Shown in pieces: positions 39,001 through 49,204 of a stretch of 64,000 nt of DNA. The notes under the pieces were generated by a model. It had not been told where the DNA came from and did not search any database. It worked only from the letters and a program-made list of their open reading frames with translations. The DNA is taken from assembly GCA_021790005.1 (NCBI GenBank), contig JAJYIP010000001.1:50623-114622 (forward strand). Direction: 5' to 3'. The position numbers and the translations under genes are program-made. Within the stretch, counting starts at the first letter, position 1, and every line of letters starts with the position of its first letter. This DNA is from a bacterium (lineage in GTDB: Bacteria > Patescibacteriota > Saccharimonadia > Saccharimonadales > UBA4665).

Positions 39001-39632
39001 ACGACGGTCGCAACGGTGAAGCATTCCAGGAGCGTACCACGGTCGGTAATATGTATATTATTAAGCTCAACCACATGGTGGCCGATAAGATTCATGCCCG
39101 ATCCACCGGTCCTTACACTATGGTTACGCAACAGCCTTTGGGTGGTAAAGCCCAAAACGGTGGCCAACGCTTCGGCGAAATGGAAGTATGGGCACTGGAG
39201 GCTTATGGTGCCGCATCAACTCTTCAAGAGATGCTTACCATTAAGTCAGATGACGTTTACGGACGTTCCAAAGCCTACGAATCCATCATCAAACGTACTG
39301 AAATTGTCGGACCAAAAGTACCTGAAAGCTTCAACGTGTTAGTTAAGGAACTGCAAGGTCTAGGTTTGAAAGTTGAGTTAGTTAAAGAATCCAGTATCTT
39401 GGACGCCGAAAGCGTCTTGGCGACAAACATCCACGAAGAAGCCACACACCCAAGCATTGTAGAGGTGCCTGTAGAGGCAATAGCCGATATAGATGTAACC
39501 GAAGAAACCATCGGTGACGACTTTGAAGTGGTTGACATTGATGGCGATTCAGAAAACACCATGCCGGTCAGCGCTATCCAGAATGACGACAATCAACAAG
39601 CTACAGAAGACGATCAAGAGGAGGAGGACTAA
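36066..39632 (+). CDS. rpoB: DNA-directed RNA polymerase beta subunit
   Basis: 1188 aa. Conserved beta motifs (GRHGNKGV, NIGQ, FGEMEVWALEAYGA). Acidic C-terminal tail. Confidence 0.97.
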   Translation: MAKTSAYIVNKKTDRVYFTKQNDAVELPNLIDHQNRSFKWFVEEGLGELLSEISPIDDYTQGKLSLSFKDYHFDAPKLSESEARENNVSFEAPLKATVVLTNKVTGEVKEQEIYLGDYPWMTSRGTFVINGAERVVVSQLIRSAGVFFTREQHAASYCYGAKVIPGRGAWLEFETAANGAIYVKIDRKRKLAVTTLFRALGMTETSMREAFAHVDSGKFSYLEATLEKDPTKGQNDALIEVYRRLRPGDLATVDNAKSLIENMFYNFKRFDFSRVGRYKINKRLNLDVPNTTENRVLRLEDLKAIVAEIIRLNNTQEPADDIDSLANRRIKLVGELVQRQFRIGLLRMDRNTKDRMSMSEIESVQPAQLINARPVVAAVREFFASSQLSQFMDQINPLSELAHKRRLSSMGPGGLSRERAGFEVRDAHATHYGRICAVETPEGANIGLVLNLANYARVNDYGFIETAYRRVINSATTKDIVGHIAAVDYEDENGKVIVQAGKTITAADAAKLAKIKNQLTWPVKAKVTKDVVYLDASEEESAVIAGAGNLTDDNGYFIEDRVSARSYLNSGEVDANEVNYMDAARNQIVGSSAGLIPFIEKNYVYRSLMGSNQQRQAVPLIQPSAPIVGTGLEGPAALNTGQVILAEDDGEVIKATANEITVKYKGGTVNYEPLHFIRSNEGTSINQKVVVNTGDKVKKGEVMAEGMSIANGELALGKDLVVAFMPWSGYNFEDAIIISRKLVEDDTLTSVHIVDFMTEVRETKLGPEIVTRDIPNVSEESLRHLDDDGIVRIGAEVHPGDILVGKITPKGEQELSSEERLLRAIFGEKAKEVRDTSQRMSNGKHGKVVGVKIFSRDNGHELKAGVIMQIQVFVAQMRKISVGDKLGGRHGNKGVIARILPIEDMPFMEDGTPVDIILNPLGVPSRMNIGQLFETHLGMAARALGIRVASPSFNGVPKEKIEDLLKDAGLPIDGKQQLYDGRNGEAFQERTTVGNMYIIKLNHMVADKIHARSTGPYTMVTQQPLGGKAQNGGQRFGEMEVWALEAYGAASTLQEMLTIKSDDVYGRSKAYESIIKRTEIVGPKVPESFNVLVKELQGLGLKVELVKESSILDAESVLATNIHEEATHPSIVEVPVEAIADIDVTEETIGDDFEVVDIDGDSENTMPVSAIQNDDNQQATEDDQEEED

Positions 39633-39635
39633 TTT

Positions 39636-42600
39636 ATGGCACAAAACTATAATTACGGAACGGATATAGCAGATTTTGATGCCGTTAGATTGGCAATAGC
39701 CAGTCCAGCAGACATTCTCGATTGGAGCTATGGTGAAGTCACTAAACCGGAAACTATCAACTACCGAACGCAGAAACCCGAACGTGACGGTTTGTTCTGT
39801 GAGCGTATTTTCGGTCCCGTCAAAGACATTAATCCGCACGACGCCAAATATAAGGGAGTGCGCAGCCGTGAAGCCGCCGTCGATAAAAACGGCGAACTGG
39901 TTACTAAAAGTATTGTCCGGCGAGAGCGTATGGGACACATTAACCTGGCCGTACCGGTAGCCCATATCTGGTTTTTGCGTGGTACGCCAAGTGCTATGGG
40001 ACTAATGCTCGGTACAACCGTTAAGAATCTTGAGCGTGTAGCATATTTTGCCAGCTTCATCATTATAAGTGTTGACGATACTAGACGCGACCAGCTACTG
40101 GCGGATAAAGAAGCTGAATTTAATGCTGCTAAGGAAGCCATTAAATTGCGCTTTGAAAAAGAAGCTGCTGACAATCCAGACAGTAATGTCAAAGCCTTAG
40201 CTGAAATGCAAACCAAGGAGTTGGAAGCAGTCAGCAAAGACTTCGAGATTCTCAAGAACCAGCTAACCAATTTAGTAAGAATGAATTTGATTAGCGAAAC
40301 CGAATTTCGCGCACTGCCGGATGAACTAAGATCACTCGTTAAAGTCGGCATGGGCGGATCGGCTCTTAAAGAGTTGCTTGATCAGGTTGACCTAGGCAAA
40401 CTAATTGGCGAACTTAACAAAGAAGCTGAAGAATCTAAAGGCCAGCGCCGTAAACGAGTCATGAAACGGTTGCGCTTGATAGAAAGTATCGATCGTGCCG
40501 GTATTAAGCCAAGCAGTATGTGTGTATCGGTTTTACCGGTTATTCCACCCGATTTAAGACCGATGGTACAACTGACAGGAGGACGTTTCGCAACTTCCGA
40601 TCTCAATGATTTGTATCGTCGTGTAATTAATCGTAACAATCGGCTTAAGAAGTTGATCGAATTAAACGCGCCTGAAGTGATTCGTCGCAATGAACAACGC
40701 ATGCTTCAAGAAGCAATTGACGCTTTAATTGATAATTCAGCCACTAGAAGTGGTCGCGCGGTCGCGGCTACTGGACAGCGGCGACGTCTTAAGTCGCTGA
40801 GCGATATGCTAAAAGGTAAGCAGGGTCGGTTCCGTCAAAATCTGCTCGGTAAGAGAGTTGATTACTCCGGACGTTCTGTCATTGTCGCCGGTCCCGAGCT
40901 TAAAATAAATCAATGCGGTCTTCCAAAAATGATGGCCTTGGAGTTGTTTAAACCATTTGTAATCGGTGAGTTGATAGCTAATGAGCATGCCCACAATATC
41001 CGCAGTGCCACCCGTTTAATTGAACTTGGTGAAACGGTTGTTTGGGATGCACTAGATGAAGTCATTAAAGGTAAGTATGTGCTACTTAACCGTGCTCCTA
41101 GCCTGCACCGTCTAAGTATTCAAGCTTTTCAGCCGGTGCTAATTGAAGGACGGGCTATACAATTACACCCGTTAGTTTGTCGTGGCTTTAATGCTGACTT
41201 TGACGGCGACCAAATGGCAGTTCATCTGCCGTTAAGCGATAAAGCGCAAGAGGAAGCTCGTGAAATCATGGCCGCTAACCGCAACCTGTTAAAGCCTGCG
41301 GACGGCTCGCCGATACTGCACATTGAGCAGGATATAGTGCTCGGTTGCTACTACTTGACCTACGAGCGGCCCGGCATCTCAAATAAGGTTTATCCATTCT
41401 CATCGATTGACGAAGTTATTTTAGCGTTAGACAACGGTAAGATCAGACTACAAAACAAGGTTCATACGTATTTTCGGAATGAATTGAGGACCACGACGGC
41501 CGGTCGTCTGTTGTTTAATGAAACTTTTCCGGACGATTTTCCTTTCCAGGATGAACCGATGACAAAAAAGAAACTTCAGGCAGTTATGGCTGAAGTCTAT
41601 AACAAGTATGGACAGGAAAAAACCGCAGAAATTGCTGACAACCTTAAGGATTTGGGCTTTAGTTATGCGACAATGTCCGGAATCAGTATGGGAATGAGCG
41701 ATTTCGTTAAAATCGAAGGCATGGATGACCTGATTAAAGACGGAGAAGTAAAATCTGCCGCTATTTCTGAGCAGTTTGAACAAGGTTTTATAACCAACAC
41801 CGAACGCTCTAGGCTAGTGATAGATAACTGGTCCAAAATAGAAAATCAGGTTCAGGATTTGCTCAGTGAGCAAGTGGTTAATATAGACTCGTCTATGTCG
41901 ATCGCCATAACGTCCGGTGCTAGGGGTAATATTACGCAGATGAAAAACTCAGTCGGTATGCTTGGTATCCTGCAAGACGCGGCTGGTCGTGTTATCGAAC
42001 TGCCTATCAAATCAAACTACATCACCGGTCTTGATCCCCTGGAGTACTTTACTGGTACTCGTGGCACCCGTAAGGCATTAATAGATATCGCGCTCAAAAC
42101 CGCCGATGCCGGTTATTTGACCAGGCGATTGGTAGACGTGTCTCAGGACGTTTTCACGGTAGACGAAGATGTGGAAGATCCAGGTATCGCAATGTGGCGA
42201 ATTGACGCTGAGGATATAGGTGTTAGTTACGCACATAGATTAAGTGGACGTTACGCTGCCGAAAATGTCGGTAAGTACGTCAAGCAAGGTGAACTAATCA
42301 CTCAGGAAATCGCTGCATCCATTGAAGCTGATGTCAAACTTGACGGCGTAAGAATCATGAGCGTATTAAGTTGTACTAATGTGCGCGGTGTATCTCGCAA
42401 ATCCTATGGTATCGATCCGGCGACTGGAAAATTAGTCAACAATCATCATCCGATTGGAGTTATAGCAGCGCAAAGTATCGGCGAACCCGGTACGCAGCTA
42501 AGCCTCGACTCTAAACACCGATCCGGTGCGGTTGTCGCCGATGACTCGGCACAGGGTCTCAGTCGTATTGAAGAGTTATTTGAAGTCCGTTCACCTAAAG

Positions 42601-43475
42601 GTGTAGCGTACCTAAGCGATATTAACGGGACGGTTCATGCTTGGGAGGAAGGCGATCACTATATTGTTCAAGTAACAGCTGAAGATAAAGAAAGTGTCAG
42701 TTTTGACATTAATGAGCGAAAAATTCATTTGGCAAGCGGTTCCGATGTAGCGGTTGGCGATGTGATTGCTGCCATGGAAGACGGCAGTGAACCGGTGATT
42801 TCTCCGATGGCCGGAAAAGTCAATATTACGGATATAGCCATCGTCATTACCCCTACCGGACAAAGTGTTGTTCGCTATGAGATCCCCGGATTTAAACAAT
42901 TGCTCGTTAAAGACGGTGATAGAGTTATGGCTGGAGAGAAACTTACCAGTGGATCAATCAACCTACATGATCTAATGCGACTTCAGGGAGTTGAATCAAC
43001 TCAGCGCTACATAATGAATGAAATCCTCAGAATATTTGTTGGACAAGGTCAGACTATCAGCGACAAGCACCTAGAGATTATCGTACGCCAGATGTTCAGT
43101 CGGGTACAGATAGAGGATTCTGGTGACAGTGAGTTTGTGACTGGTGATATAGCGTCCAAAATGTCTGTCAGTGAAGCCAACGAACAACTCATCGAACAGG
43201 GTAAGAATCCAGCTCAGTCAGTTCAGCTACTGCTTGGTATTACCAAAGCTTCATTAGCAACTGATTCGTTCTTGAGTGCAGCGTCGTTTCAGGATACGAC
43301 AAGAGTCTTGATTGGTGCGGCCACGTCTGGAAAAGTTGATCACTTATTTGGACTCAAGGAAAACGTCATTCTCGGTCGTAAAATACCGGTTGGCACTGGC
43401 TATGAAGAGGAAGCTGAAACCACTGAAGAAGGGCTTCCGACCGACAATATGAGCGAAGAATCCTTCGTTAGTTGA
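39636..43475 (+). CDS. rpoC: DNA-directed RNA polymerase beta' subunit
   Basis: 1279 aa. Catalytic NADFDGDQMAVH motif. It starts 4 nt after rpoB ends. Confidence 0.97.
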   Translation: MAQNYNYGTDIADFDAVRLAIASPADILDWSYGEVTKPETINYRTQKPERDGLFCERIFGPVKDINPHDAKYKGVRSREAAVDKNGELVTKSIVRRERMGHINLAVPVAHIWFLRGTPSAMGLMLGTTVKNLERVAYFASFIIISVDDTRRDQLLADKEAEFNAAKEAIKLRFEKEAADNPDSNVKALAEMQTKELEAVSKDFEILKNQLTNLVRMNLISETEFRALPDELRSLVKVGMGGSALKELLDQVDLGKLIGELNKEAEESKGQRRKRVMKRLRLIESIDRAGIKPSSMCVSVLPVIPPDLRPMVQLTGGRFATSDLNDLYRRVINRNNRLKKLIELNAPEVIRRNEQRMLQEAIDALIDNSATRSGRAVAATGQRRRLKSLSDMLKGKQGRFRQNLLGKRVDYSGRSVIVAGPELKINQCGLPKMMALELFKPFVIGELIANEHAHNIRSATRLIELGETVVWDALDEVIKGKYVLLNRAPSLHRLSIQAFQPVLIEGRAIQLHPLVCRGFNADFDGDQMAVHLPLSDKAQEEAREIMAANRNLLKPADGSPILHIEQDIVLGCYYLTYERPGISNKVYPFSSIDEVILALDNGKIRLQNKVHTYFRNELRTTTAGRLLFNETFPDDFPFQDEPMTKKKLQAVMAEVYNKYGQEKTAEIADNLKDLGFSYATMSGISMGMSDFVKIEGMDDLIKDGEVKSAAISEQFEQGFITNTERSRLVIDNWSKIENQVQDLLSEQVVNIDSSMSIAITSGARGNITQMKNSVGMLGILQDAAGRVIELPIKSNYITGLDPLEYFTGTRGTRKALIDIALKTADAGYLTRRLVDVSQDVFTVDEDVEDPGIAMWRIDAEDIGVSYAHRLSGRYAAENVGKYVKQGELITQEIAASIEADVKLDGVRIMSVLSCTNVRGVSRKSYGIDPATGKLVNNHHPIGVIAAQSIGEPGTQLSLDSKHRSGAVVADDSAQGLSRIEELFEVRSPKGVAYLSDINGTVHAWEEGDHYIVQVTAEDKESVSFDINERKIHLASGSDVAVGDVIAAMEDGSEPVISPMAGKVNITDIAIVITPTGQSVVRYEIPGFKQLLVKDGDRVMAGEKLTSGSINLHDLMRLQGVESTQRYIMNEILRIFVGQGQTISDKHLEIIVRQMFSRVQIEDSGDSEFVTGDIASKMSVSEANEQLIEQGKNPAQSVQLLLGITKASLATDSFLSAASFQDTTRVLIGAATSGKVDHLFGLKENVILGRKIPVGTGYEEEAETTEEGLPTDNMSEESFVS

Positions 43476-43588
43476 TATACTGTCATACATCTGGTAAAAT
43501 TAACAACCGAACTTAAGATAAGTTAAATTAAGGGATCGGCATTCGTCTGATTGACTCCGAGCCGGCGATAAAGTTCATTTAGCTCAAG

Positions 43589-43616
43589 TTGGCAATCGAG
43601 TTAAGTGGAGTATAAG
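43589..43616 (+). promoter_or_regulatory. Candidate promoter of rpsL (TTGGCA-16-TATAAG)
   Basis: Hexamers read from the sequence in the 199-bp rpoC-rpsL spacer. Confidence 0.3.
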
Positions 43617-43674
43617 CTGCAGCAGTATAGACCAGTCAGGATTGTTTTGAATCCAAAGGAGAAGAAAGTAGATA

Positions 43675-44082
43675 ATGCCAACAATTAACCAATTGGTGCG
43701 CAAGCCCCGTAAGAAGGTGCTTACTAAAAGTAAGTCGCCCGCTATGCAAAGAGTTGTCAACAACTTAAAAACCAGTAACTACGAGAAACCGGCGCCGTTT
43801 AAGCGCGGTGTTTGTGTTAAAGTTACGACCAAAACACCTAAGAAACCAAACTCTGCACTTAGAAAAGTGGCCCGTGTACGTCTAACTAACGGCTATGAGG
43901 TCTGGGCATATATTGGCGGTGAAGGACATAATCTGCAGGAACACGCTGTAGTGCTGGTCAGAGGCGGAAGAGTTAAAGACTTGCCAGGCGTGCGTTATCA
44001 TATTGTACGCGGCAGCCTCGATCTACAAGGAGTCAATAATCGCAAACAAGGGCGCAGCAAGTATGGCGCCAAGAAAGCGTAG
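43675..44082 (+). CDS. rpsL: 30S ribosomal protein S12
   Basis: 135 aa. PTINQL..., [14 protein letters not shown] Shine-Dalgarno. Confidence 0.97.
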   Translation: MPTINQLVRKPRKKVLTKSKSPAMQRVVNNLKTSNYEKPAPFKRGVCVKVTTKTPKKPNSALRKVARVRLTNGYEVWAYIGGEGHNLQEHAVVLVRGGRVKDLPGVRYHIVRGSLDLQGVNNRKQGRSKYGAKKA

Positions 44083-44091
44083 GTTAAATAT

Positions 44092-44571
44092 ATGCCAAGA
44101 AAGAAAACTAAATCGCTAGTTAGAGCTATTGAACCGGATCGCGTCTATAATTCAGTTCAAGTACAAAAACTTATTAACCGCGTCATGTTAAACGGCAAGA
44201 AACAATTGGCTGAAAATCTGGTTTACTCAGGCATGCAAAAAGCCGCAGCTAAACTTAAAGTCGATAATCCATTAGAAGTCTTCGAGCAAGCTTATAGAAA
44301 CATACAACCACAAGTTGAGACTCGCTCAAGACGTGTTGGAGGTGCTAATTTTCAAATACCGTTTGAGGTTAAAGGACAACGTCAAGGTCATTTGACTACC
44401 ATGTGGCTGGTTCAGGCTACCCGGTCACGTCGTGGAATGAGCATGGCGGATCGATTGGCTGCCGAACTGGTAGATGCATATAACAACCAGGGCGCAGCGG
44501 TAAAGAAACGCGAAGACACGCATAAGATGGCCGAAGCTAACCGGGCTTTTGCGCATTTTGCCCGCGGATAA
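44092..44571 (+). CDS. rpsG: 30S ribosomal protein S7
   Basis: 159 aa. Typical S7 sequence (PDRVYNS..., MAEANRAFAHFR). Confidence 0.97.
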   Translation: MPRKKTKSLVRAIEPDRVYNSVQVQKLINRVMLNGKKQLAENLVYSGMQKAAAKLKVDNPLEVFEQAYRNIQPQVETRSRRVGGANFQIPFEVKGQRQGHLTTMWLVQATRSRRGMSMADRLAAELVDAYNNQGAAVKKREDTHKMAEANRAFAHFARG

Positions 44572-44608
44572 AATTTAGATTGAAACTAATAAAATTTAAG
44601 GAAATTTG

Positions 44609-46699
44609 ATGGCCAACAAACAGTACGCTATAGATAAACTCCGCAACATTGGCATTATTGCCCATATTGATGCCGGTAAAACCACAACTACAGAGGGTAT
44701 TTTGTACAGGACGGGCTTAAAGCACAAGATCGGTGCCGTACATGAAGGCGAAACAACTACAGACTGGATGGCGCAAGAACGAGAACGTGGCATAACCATC
44801 GTTTCAGCTGCTGTGACTTGCTACTGGAAAGGCCATCAAATTAACATCATAGACACCCCAGGTCACATCGATTTCACCGTCGAGGTTGAGCGCAGTCTGC
44901 GCGTGCTTGACGGTGCAGTAGTAGTATTTGACGGTAAAATGGGCGTAGAAAGTCAGAGTGAAACTGTCTGGCGTCAGGCGGACAAGTATAACGTACCAAG
45001 AGTCTGTTTTATTAATAAAATAAACCAAACCGGCGGCGATTATCACAAATCACTGGAATCTATCCACCACCGCTTAAACAAAGCCGCCTTTCCGATTCAT
45101 TTACCGATTGGATTTGAACAGAGCATCAATGGTGTCATCGATCTCGTATCAATGAAAGCCTATACCTACAAGGATTTTACAGATCATGAATTGGTCGAAG
45201 GAGATATACCGGCCGATATGATTGAAGAAGCCAAACGCTATCGCTCACTTTTAATTGAAAATGCTGTGGCTGAAGATGAAGCTATGCTGGAAAAGTACCT
45301 GGAAGTCGGCGAAGATGGTTTGAGTGAAATCGAAATCAAGCGAGCTATTAGGACTGCAACCCTGTCTGGTAAGTTTTTTCCTGTGACTGGTGGTGACGGA
45401 CGCGGCGTGATCGTAGAGAAAGTATTGGATTTGGTAACCGAATTTTTACCAAGTCCGTTGGATCGTGGTAGTACTTGGGGTCATCATCCAAAAAGTGGTG
45501 ACGAAATAGAGCGACAGCCAAATCTCGAACAACCGTTCGCAGCTTTAGCTTTTAAAATTGCCACCGATCCTTTTGTGGGCAAGCTGGCATATTTTAGAGT
45601 TTATTCCGGCAAACTCGATTCCGGCAGCTATATATTAAACAGTTCTACAAATGAAAAAGAGCGGGTCGGACGGATTGTGCGTATGCAAGCCGACAAACGC
45701 GAAGATGTTGATTCGGTTTCTGCCGGGGACATTGCTGCCATTGTCGGACTTAAAGGTACTACGACCGGCAATACTTTATGTGATATTAATAATCCAATAA
45801 TTTTAGAAAGTATTACTTTCCCCGAACCGCCGGTGTCGATTGCAATTGAGCCAAAGACGAAAGCCGATCAAGAGAAAATGGGCATCGCCCTGCAACGACT
45901 AGCTGAAGAAGATCCCACATTCAGGATTAGAGTTGATGAAGAAACCGGTCAAACTATTATATCCGGTATGGGAGAGCTGCACCTTGAGATCATTGTCGAC
46001 CGCATGAAGCGCGAGTTTAACGTTGAAGCGAATGTTGGTCAACCACAGGTTGCATACCGTGAAACAATTCGCAAGGATGGTGTCGAGATTCAAGGAAAAT
46101 TCGTACGTCAAAGTGGTGGCCGTGGTCAGTATGGTGACGTTTGGCTGAGGTTGTCACAAAACGAGGCCGGAGCTGGTTTTGAGTTCATTAACTCGATCAA
46201 GGGCGGCGTCGTACCAAGCGAATATATTCCGGCAGTCAGAAAAGGCATCGAGGAAGCTATGTCCAACGGTGTTATAGCCGGCTACCCGGTCGTAGATTTA
46301 AAAGCTGAACTGTATGATGGAAGCTATCACGAAGTCGACTCATCTGAAATGGCGTTTTCGATTGCCGGTTCAATGGCCTTGCAAGATGGTGTTAAAAAAG
46401 CAAGTCCGGTACTTCTCGAACCAGTCATGAAAATCGTAGTTGTTACGCCAGAAGAATTCATGGGTGATGTGATTGGTGACTTAAATTCTAAGCGGGGGCG
46501 AATTGAAAGCATGGAAGATTTATCATCCGGAATTAAGGAGATCACTTCTTTCGTACCCTTAGGTGAAATGTTCGGGTATACTACCAATCTAAGGTCAATG
46601 ACTCAAGGTAGGGCAGCTTCGACGATGGAACTCGATCACTACGCTGACGTGCCAAATAACGTCACCGAAGCTATTATTGCCAAGAATGCTAAGCGCTAA
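44609..46699 (+). CDS. fusA: Elongation factor G
   Basis: About 696 aa. G1 motif AHIDAGKTT, plus DTPGH and NKID motifs. I prefer ATG 44609 over the TTG at 44606 given in the ORF track (AAGGAAA Shine-Dalgarno). Confidence 0.96.
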   Translation: MANKQYAIDKLRNIGIIAHIDAGKTTTTEGILYRTGLKHKIGAVHEGETTTDWMAQERERGITIVSAAVTCYWKGHQINIIDTPGHIDFTVEVERSLRVLDGAVVVFDGKMGVESQSETVWRQADKYNVPRVCFINKINQTGGDYHKSLESIHHRLNKAAFPIHLPIGFEQSINGVIDLVSMKAYTYKDFTDHELVEGDIPADMIEEAKRYRSLLIENAVAEDEAMLEKYLEVGEDGLSEIEIKRAIRTATLSGKFFPVTGGDGRGVIVEKVLDLVTEFLPSPLDRGSTWGHHPKSGDEIERQPNLEQPFAALAFKIATDPFVGKLAYFRVYSGKLDSGSYILNSSTNEKERVGRIVRMQADKREDVDSVSAGDIAAIVGLKGTTTGNTLCDINNPIILESITFPEPPVSIAIEPKTKADQEKMGIALQRLAEEDPTFRIRVDEETGQTIISGMGELHLEIIVDRMKREFNVEANVGQPQVAYRETIRKDGVEIQGKFVRQSGGRGQYGDVWLRLSQNEAGAGFEFINSIKGGVVPSEYIPAVRKGIEEAMSNGVIAGYPVVDLKAELYDGSYHEVDSSEMAFSIAGSMALQDGVKKASPVLLEPVMKIVVVTPEEFMGDVIGDLNSKRGRIESMEDLSSGIKEITSFVPLGEMFGYTTNLRSMTQGRAASTMELDHYADVPNNVTEAIIAKNAKR

Positions 46700-46711
46700 A
46701 CCGCTACTTGT

Positions 46712-47434
46712 CTACATTAAAACTTTGATCGGCCCGATGAGCGAATCCGATTTATCTTTCGGCTCGTAAATCGTACCTATGCTGTCTCTTAAAAATGTGG
46801 CTAAATCTAACGCCTCATGCTGCCTATCTGCATTTTTAAAAAGCCAATCAAAGTAATTATTAATTGCCGAGCTGCCGATCAACATATCTTGCAGTTGTTC
46901 CTTATTGACTTCAACTTTATGGATTATGCGATCACTATTGATTGGAATAATTAAAGAAAATGCTAGACTAAGACCACTTCCAAAAGACCCTTGCTTATTA
47001 TCTTGACATTTTTTAATGGTAAGCTTTGGTTCGCCGTCAACTACACCGCATATAAAATAATTTTTAGGGTCAAAAATTACGGCAGAACCCTCTATCAGTG
47101 ATAAATATTGGAACGTGGCTATATCTATATCGTCTTCAATACCAATATCTTCCGCGACGGAGTGCTCAAGTGCGGCATAGGTTATGAACCTCTCTTTATC
47201 CGGGAGTTCTAGTTGAAGAAATCTTTCGCGTGCTTCTAAGCTCTTGGTTAATTGGGTAAAAAGTAGTTCGGACTTTTGGTCATTAATATCTTTGGGTAAG
47301 TCGCAGGTAGGCATGGAGTCAATTTCTTCGATTTTCGTTTTAATTTCATTGAGTTGAACAATCGCATCATATACTAAGTCAATCTGCTCAATTCCTAGTA
47401 TTCTGCCAGGGGACAAATCTGGATAGGATTCCAT
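46712..47434 (-). CDS. Orphan hypothetical protein, antisense to the str operon
   Basis: 240-aa ORF with no motif I recognise. There is no Shine-Dalgarno. An extended -10 (TGcTAATAT) lies 9-10 nt upstream of the ATG, which suggests a leaderless or near-leaderless mRNA. Confidence 0.6.
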   Translation of the reverse strand: MESYPDLSPGRILGIEQIDLVYDAIVQLNEIKTKIEEIDSMPTCDLPKDINDQKSELLFTQLTKSLEARERFLQLELPDKERFITYAALEHSVAEDIGIEDDIDIATFQYLSLIEGSAVIFDPKNYFICGVVDGEPKLTIKKCQDNKQGSFGSGLSLAFSLIIPINSDRIIHKVEVNKEQLQDMLIGSSAINNYFDWLFKNADRQHEALDLATFLRDSIGTIYEPKDKSDSLIGPIKVLM

Positions 47435-47710
47435 AAGAAGCTATATTAGCACAAATATACTGTTATGGCGATTTCCGCCAATAGATGGCTGAACTGAATT
47501 TATGAGACTACATATTTTAAATTTTACTGACCTAGCGCTGCTAATATCAATAAAGCAGCACAATAGCCAGAACTGTTCAATACTAACGCCAAGTGTCTTT
47601 TAGGTTTAGTTTACCAAGGACAAATTAAGATAGATGTTTGTCGTATAGATACGTTGTTTCATACGAGCTTTATTCAAGCCTTAATTAAACAACTCTAAAA
47701 AAAAGTTACT

Positions 47711-47739
47711 TTAGCAGCAATACGTGCAAATGATATAAT
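47711..47739 (+). promoter_or_regulatory. Candidate tuf promoter P1 (TTAGCA-17-TATAAT with TG extension)
   Basis: Hexamers read from the sequence. -10 TATAAT at 47734-39, preceded by TGa. Confidence 0.5.
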
Positions 47740-47768
47740 TTCATTAATCATCCGAGACTCATAAAAGC

Positions 47769-47797
47769 TTTACAAGCAAGTGGTTTTTATCTATACT
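47769..47797 (+). promoter_or_regulatory. Candidate tuf promoter P2 (TTTACA-17-TATACT)
   Basis: Hexamers read from the sequence, about 85 nt upstream of the tuf ATG. Confidence 0.5.
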
Positions 47798-47881
47798 AAC
47801 CCTGTTATAGAGCGTTGCCCTTGTTGGCTTATGCGCTTTTAAAACTTTCAAAGAGTCGATTAATAACTAAAGGAGCAATTA

Positions 47882-49063
47882 ATGGCAGTATTCGACCGTA
47901 CTAAACCACATGTCAACGTCGGTACTATGGGTCACGTTGACCACGGCAAGACATCATTAACCGCTGCGATTACCGCAGTATTAGCTAAAAGGTTACCTAG
48001 CGACGTTAACAAAGCGGTCGCTTACGACCAGATCGATAACGCACCTGAGGAAAGACAGCGTGGTATTACTATCGCTACCTCCCACCAGGAATATGAAAGC
48101 GAGAAGAGGCACTACGCACACGTAGATATGCCTGGACACGCCGACTACGTCAAGAACATGATTACTGGTGCTGCCCAAATCGACGGAGCTATTCTAGTAG
48201 TTAGTGCCGCCGATGGTCCAATGCCGCAAACACGCGAACACGTTGTTTTGGCTCGCCAGGTTGGCGTACCAAGTGTCCTGGTGTTCCTCAATAAGATGGA
48301 CCTGGCTGATCCAGAGCTCGTCGACCTTGTCGAAGAAGAAGTTCGTGATCTGCTTGCTAAATACGACTTTGACCGTAATTGCCCAATCATCCGAGGCTCA
48401 GCCACTAAAGCGCTTGAAGGCGACAAAGATAGTGAAGATGCGATTTTGGAACTTGTTAAGGCAATGGATGACTTCATTCCAGAGCCTGTCCGTGAACTAG
48501 ACAAGCCGTTTCTCATGCCTATTGAAGACGTCTTTTCAATTAAGGGCCGTGGAACGGTTGCTACTGGTAGAATCGAGTCTGGTATCATTAAAATGAACGA
48601 GGAAGTTGAAATTGTCGGAATCAGGGCAACACAAAAGTCGGTTGTCACCGGTATTGAAGCTTTCAAGAAGCAACTCGATCAAGGTCAGGCTGGCGACAAC
48701 GCCGGTATACTACTAAGGGGCATTGAACGCGAGGACATCGAACGCGGTCAGGTTTTGGCTAAGCCCGGAACAATTACTCCTCATACCGAGTTTGAAAGCG
48801 AAGTCTATATCCTAACTAAAGAAGAAGGAGGACGACATACGCCATTCTTTAAGGGATATAAGCCACAGTTCTACTTTAGAACTACAGACGTAACCGGAGA
48901 AGTTGAACTTCCGGCTGACAAAGAAATGGTCATGCCTGGCGACACGATTACTTTTAAAGTTAAACTGTTAGCTCCAATCGCTATGGATCAAGGCTTACGC
49001 TTTGCTATTCGTGAAGGTGGACGTACAGTCGGTGCTGGTGTCGTTACTAAGGTTATCAAGTAA
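47882..49063 (+). CDS. tuf: Elongation factor Tu
   Basis: 393 aa. [16 protein letters not shown] and NKMD motifs. AAGGAG Shine-Dalgarno. Confidence 0.98.
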   Translation: MAVFDRTKPHVNVGTMGHVDHGKTSLTAAITAVLAKRLPSDVNKAVAYDQIDNAPEERQRGITIATSHQEYESEKRHYAHVDMPGHADYVKNMITGAAQIDGAILVVSAADGPMPQTREHVVLARQVGVPSVLVFLNKMDLADPELVDLVEEEVRDLLAKYDFDRNCPIIRGSATKALEGDKDSEDAILELVKAMDDFIPEPVRELDKPFLMPIEDVFSIKGRGTVATGRIESGIIKMNEEVEIVGIRATQKSVVTGIEAFKKQLDQGQAGDNAGILLRGIEREDIERGQVLAKPGTITPHTEFESEVYILTKEEGGRHTPFFKGYKPQFYFRTTDVTGEVELPADKEMVMPGDTITFKVKLLAPIAMDQGLRFAIREGGRTVGAGVVTKVIK

Positions 49064-49083
49064 TAATCCTTAGCCAATCATGT

Positions 49084-49118
49084 AAAAAGCCTGTCTTAAT
49101 TGATAGGCTTTTTATTTT
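49084..49118 (+). terminator. Rho-independent terminator of tuf
   Basis: AAAAAGCCTGTC-ttaatt-GATAGGCTTTTT hairpin (one G-U pair) followed by a TTTTTATTTT tract, 20 nt after the tuf stop. Confidence 0.8.
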
Positions 49119-49204
49119 AGCTTAAACAGTGACCATTAATAATCTAAAGTAAATAATTTATAATCATCATTGTTTAGTAGTTGAGAGTAGCAATGACTGA
49201 CAAT

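Noticed and set aside
46686-46735. Short similarity between the fusA 3' flank (gctaagcgctaa...ttaaaacttt) and the tuf upstream region at 47826-47850 (gcttatgcgctttt aaaacttt), considered as a possible target duplication of the fusA-tuf insertion.
   Set aside because: Only about 10 contiguous identical bases with gaps. This is too weak to call without a statistical alignment or an empty-site comparison.
48145-48666. 173-aa minus-strand ORF inside tuf. Similar antisense ORFs occur inside rpoC (39761..40351), pepN (10045..10449) and dnaE.
   Set aside because: These are shadow ORFs opposite highly conserved genes. They have low-complexity Ser/Thr/Pro-rich translations and no start context.
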